In this document: positions 63,430 to 64,000 of the stretch, in pieces
Layout of the letters: each line of letters begins with the position of its first letter
How positions within the stretch are numbered: the stretch's first letter is position 1
IMG/VR virus record: IMGVR_UViG_3300035698_020047
Location: 1 to 64,000 of that record
Source: a virus
Length of the DNA stretch: 64,000 bases
Strand: one strand, 5' to 3'
The notes under the pieces: model-generated
What the model saw: only the letters and a program-made list of their open reading frames with translations
Database searches by the model: none
Told to the model about the DNA's origin: nothing
Made by a program: the position numbers and the translations under genes

Positions 63430-63867
63430 ATGCCAAGATGGTGTTACTTAGAGAGCGCTGAATGCACAGGCGTTGCGGCCATTAAAGATGGTCAGCTATC
63501 GAACTGTACGGCCCCAAACAAGTCTGCTATTGTATATGTGCTGCGTACGCGGAGGCGATTATTTAACACCAATTTGATTAGCCCTGCGTTTGCAGCATAT
63601 GCGATGCCAATCATTAGACAGCGGTATGCGGCTCTAACTATTAATAGTATAGTTTCGGTCCAACCGCTCAATCAACCGACTGGTCTTGTTAAGTACCTAC
63701 ATACTCCATATAAGCCTGAGTTCGATGGAGATATGGTATTCGATGGCACGAAGGCATTTGAGAGACCAAAATCGGGTATTTGTTTCGTACAGCGGGCGTA
63801 TTTAACAAAGGCATCTAGGCAGTTGGTGCTAGAAGCCATAAAGGAATTCACAGGCGAATTTGATTAG
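63430..63867 (+). CDS. short protein containing a major-capsid (gp23) Gol-region-like segment
   Basis: aa 54-94 align ungapped to MCP aa 82-122 of this genome, 17/41 identical. Confidence 0.8.
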   Translation: MPRWCYLESAECTGVAAIKDGQLSNCTAPNKSAIVYVLRTRRRLFNTNLISPAFAAYAMPIIRQRYAALTINSIVSVQPLNQPTGLVKYLHTPYKPEFDGDMVFDGTKAFERPKSGICFVQRAYLTKASRQLVLEAIKEFTGEFD

Positions 63868-63876
63868 GAGTATGTT

Positions 63877-64000
63877 ATGGGCTGGTGGAAAATTGCAGAC
63901 GTTGAGACAGGGCAGATATCGCAGGAGATGCCGTCCGGGCATCCTGGAGAAGAATGTTCGTTGGTAAATGCAATTCCAGGCCGCGATGCGGCTGAGGATT
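63877..64000 (+). CDS. hypothetical protein, 3'-truncated
   Basis: AGGAG RBS, MGWWKIADVETG..., open to window end. Confidence 0.55.
   Translation, partial: MGWWKIADVETGQISQEMPSGHPGEECSLVNAIPGRDAAED

Noticed and set aside
1-64000. Stop-codon reassignment as in some large phages
   Set aside because: Core genes are full length in the standard code, and TAA, TAG and TGA all terminate coupled genes

Overview
This 64 kb window is a gene-dense segment of a large contractile-tailed dsDNA phage with a T4-type gene set, apparently using the standard genetic code (TAA, TAG and TGA all end genes). Layout: (1) 1-7.5 kb replication/recombination block: bacterial-type RecA (5'-truncated), gp41/DnaB helicase, GroES, a minimal family-A polymerase, UvsY, gp32 SSB, 5'-3' exonuclease and a NinG-like nuclease. 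(2) 7.5-13 kb accessory genes: P-loop kinase, two glycosyltransferase-like genes and adenylosuccinate lyase. (3) 13-38.7 kb neck, tail and baseplate module with a primase embedded in it. (4) 38.7-43 kb DNA methyltransferase, UvsW and a late sigma-like factor. (5) 43-57 kb head module: inverted terminase large subunit, portal, acidic core proteins, prohead protease, scaffold and major capsid protein. (6) 57-64 kb accessory region: HNH endonuclease, APRT, frameshifted sulfotransferase, a sigma-region-2-only protein, an encapsulin-cargo-type ferritin and a short protein carrying a 41-aa copy of the capsid 'Gol' segment. Most notable observations: the stand-alone capsid-Gol-like protein; two candidate promoter classes (CAAAtaTA before structural genes, GTATT-N8-ATG before replication/metabolic genes) alongside two unusual sigma-like proteins; a candidate UUU_CGU +1 frameshift joining gp26-like and gp51-like genes; and a proofreading-less PolA with an altered sugar steric gate. 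All calls come from motif recognition by eye; no database searches were run. No tRNA, rRNA or CRISPR array was seen.
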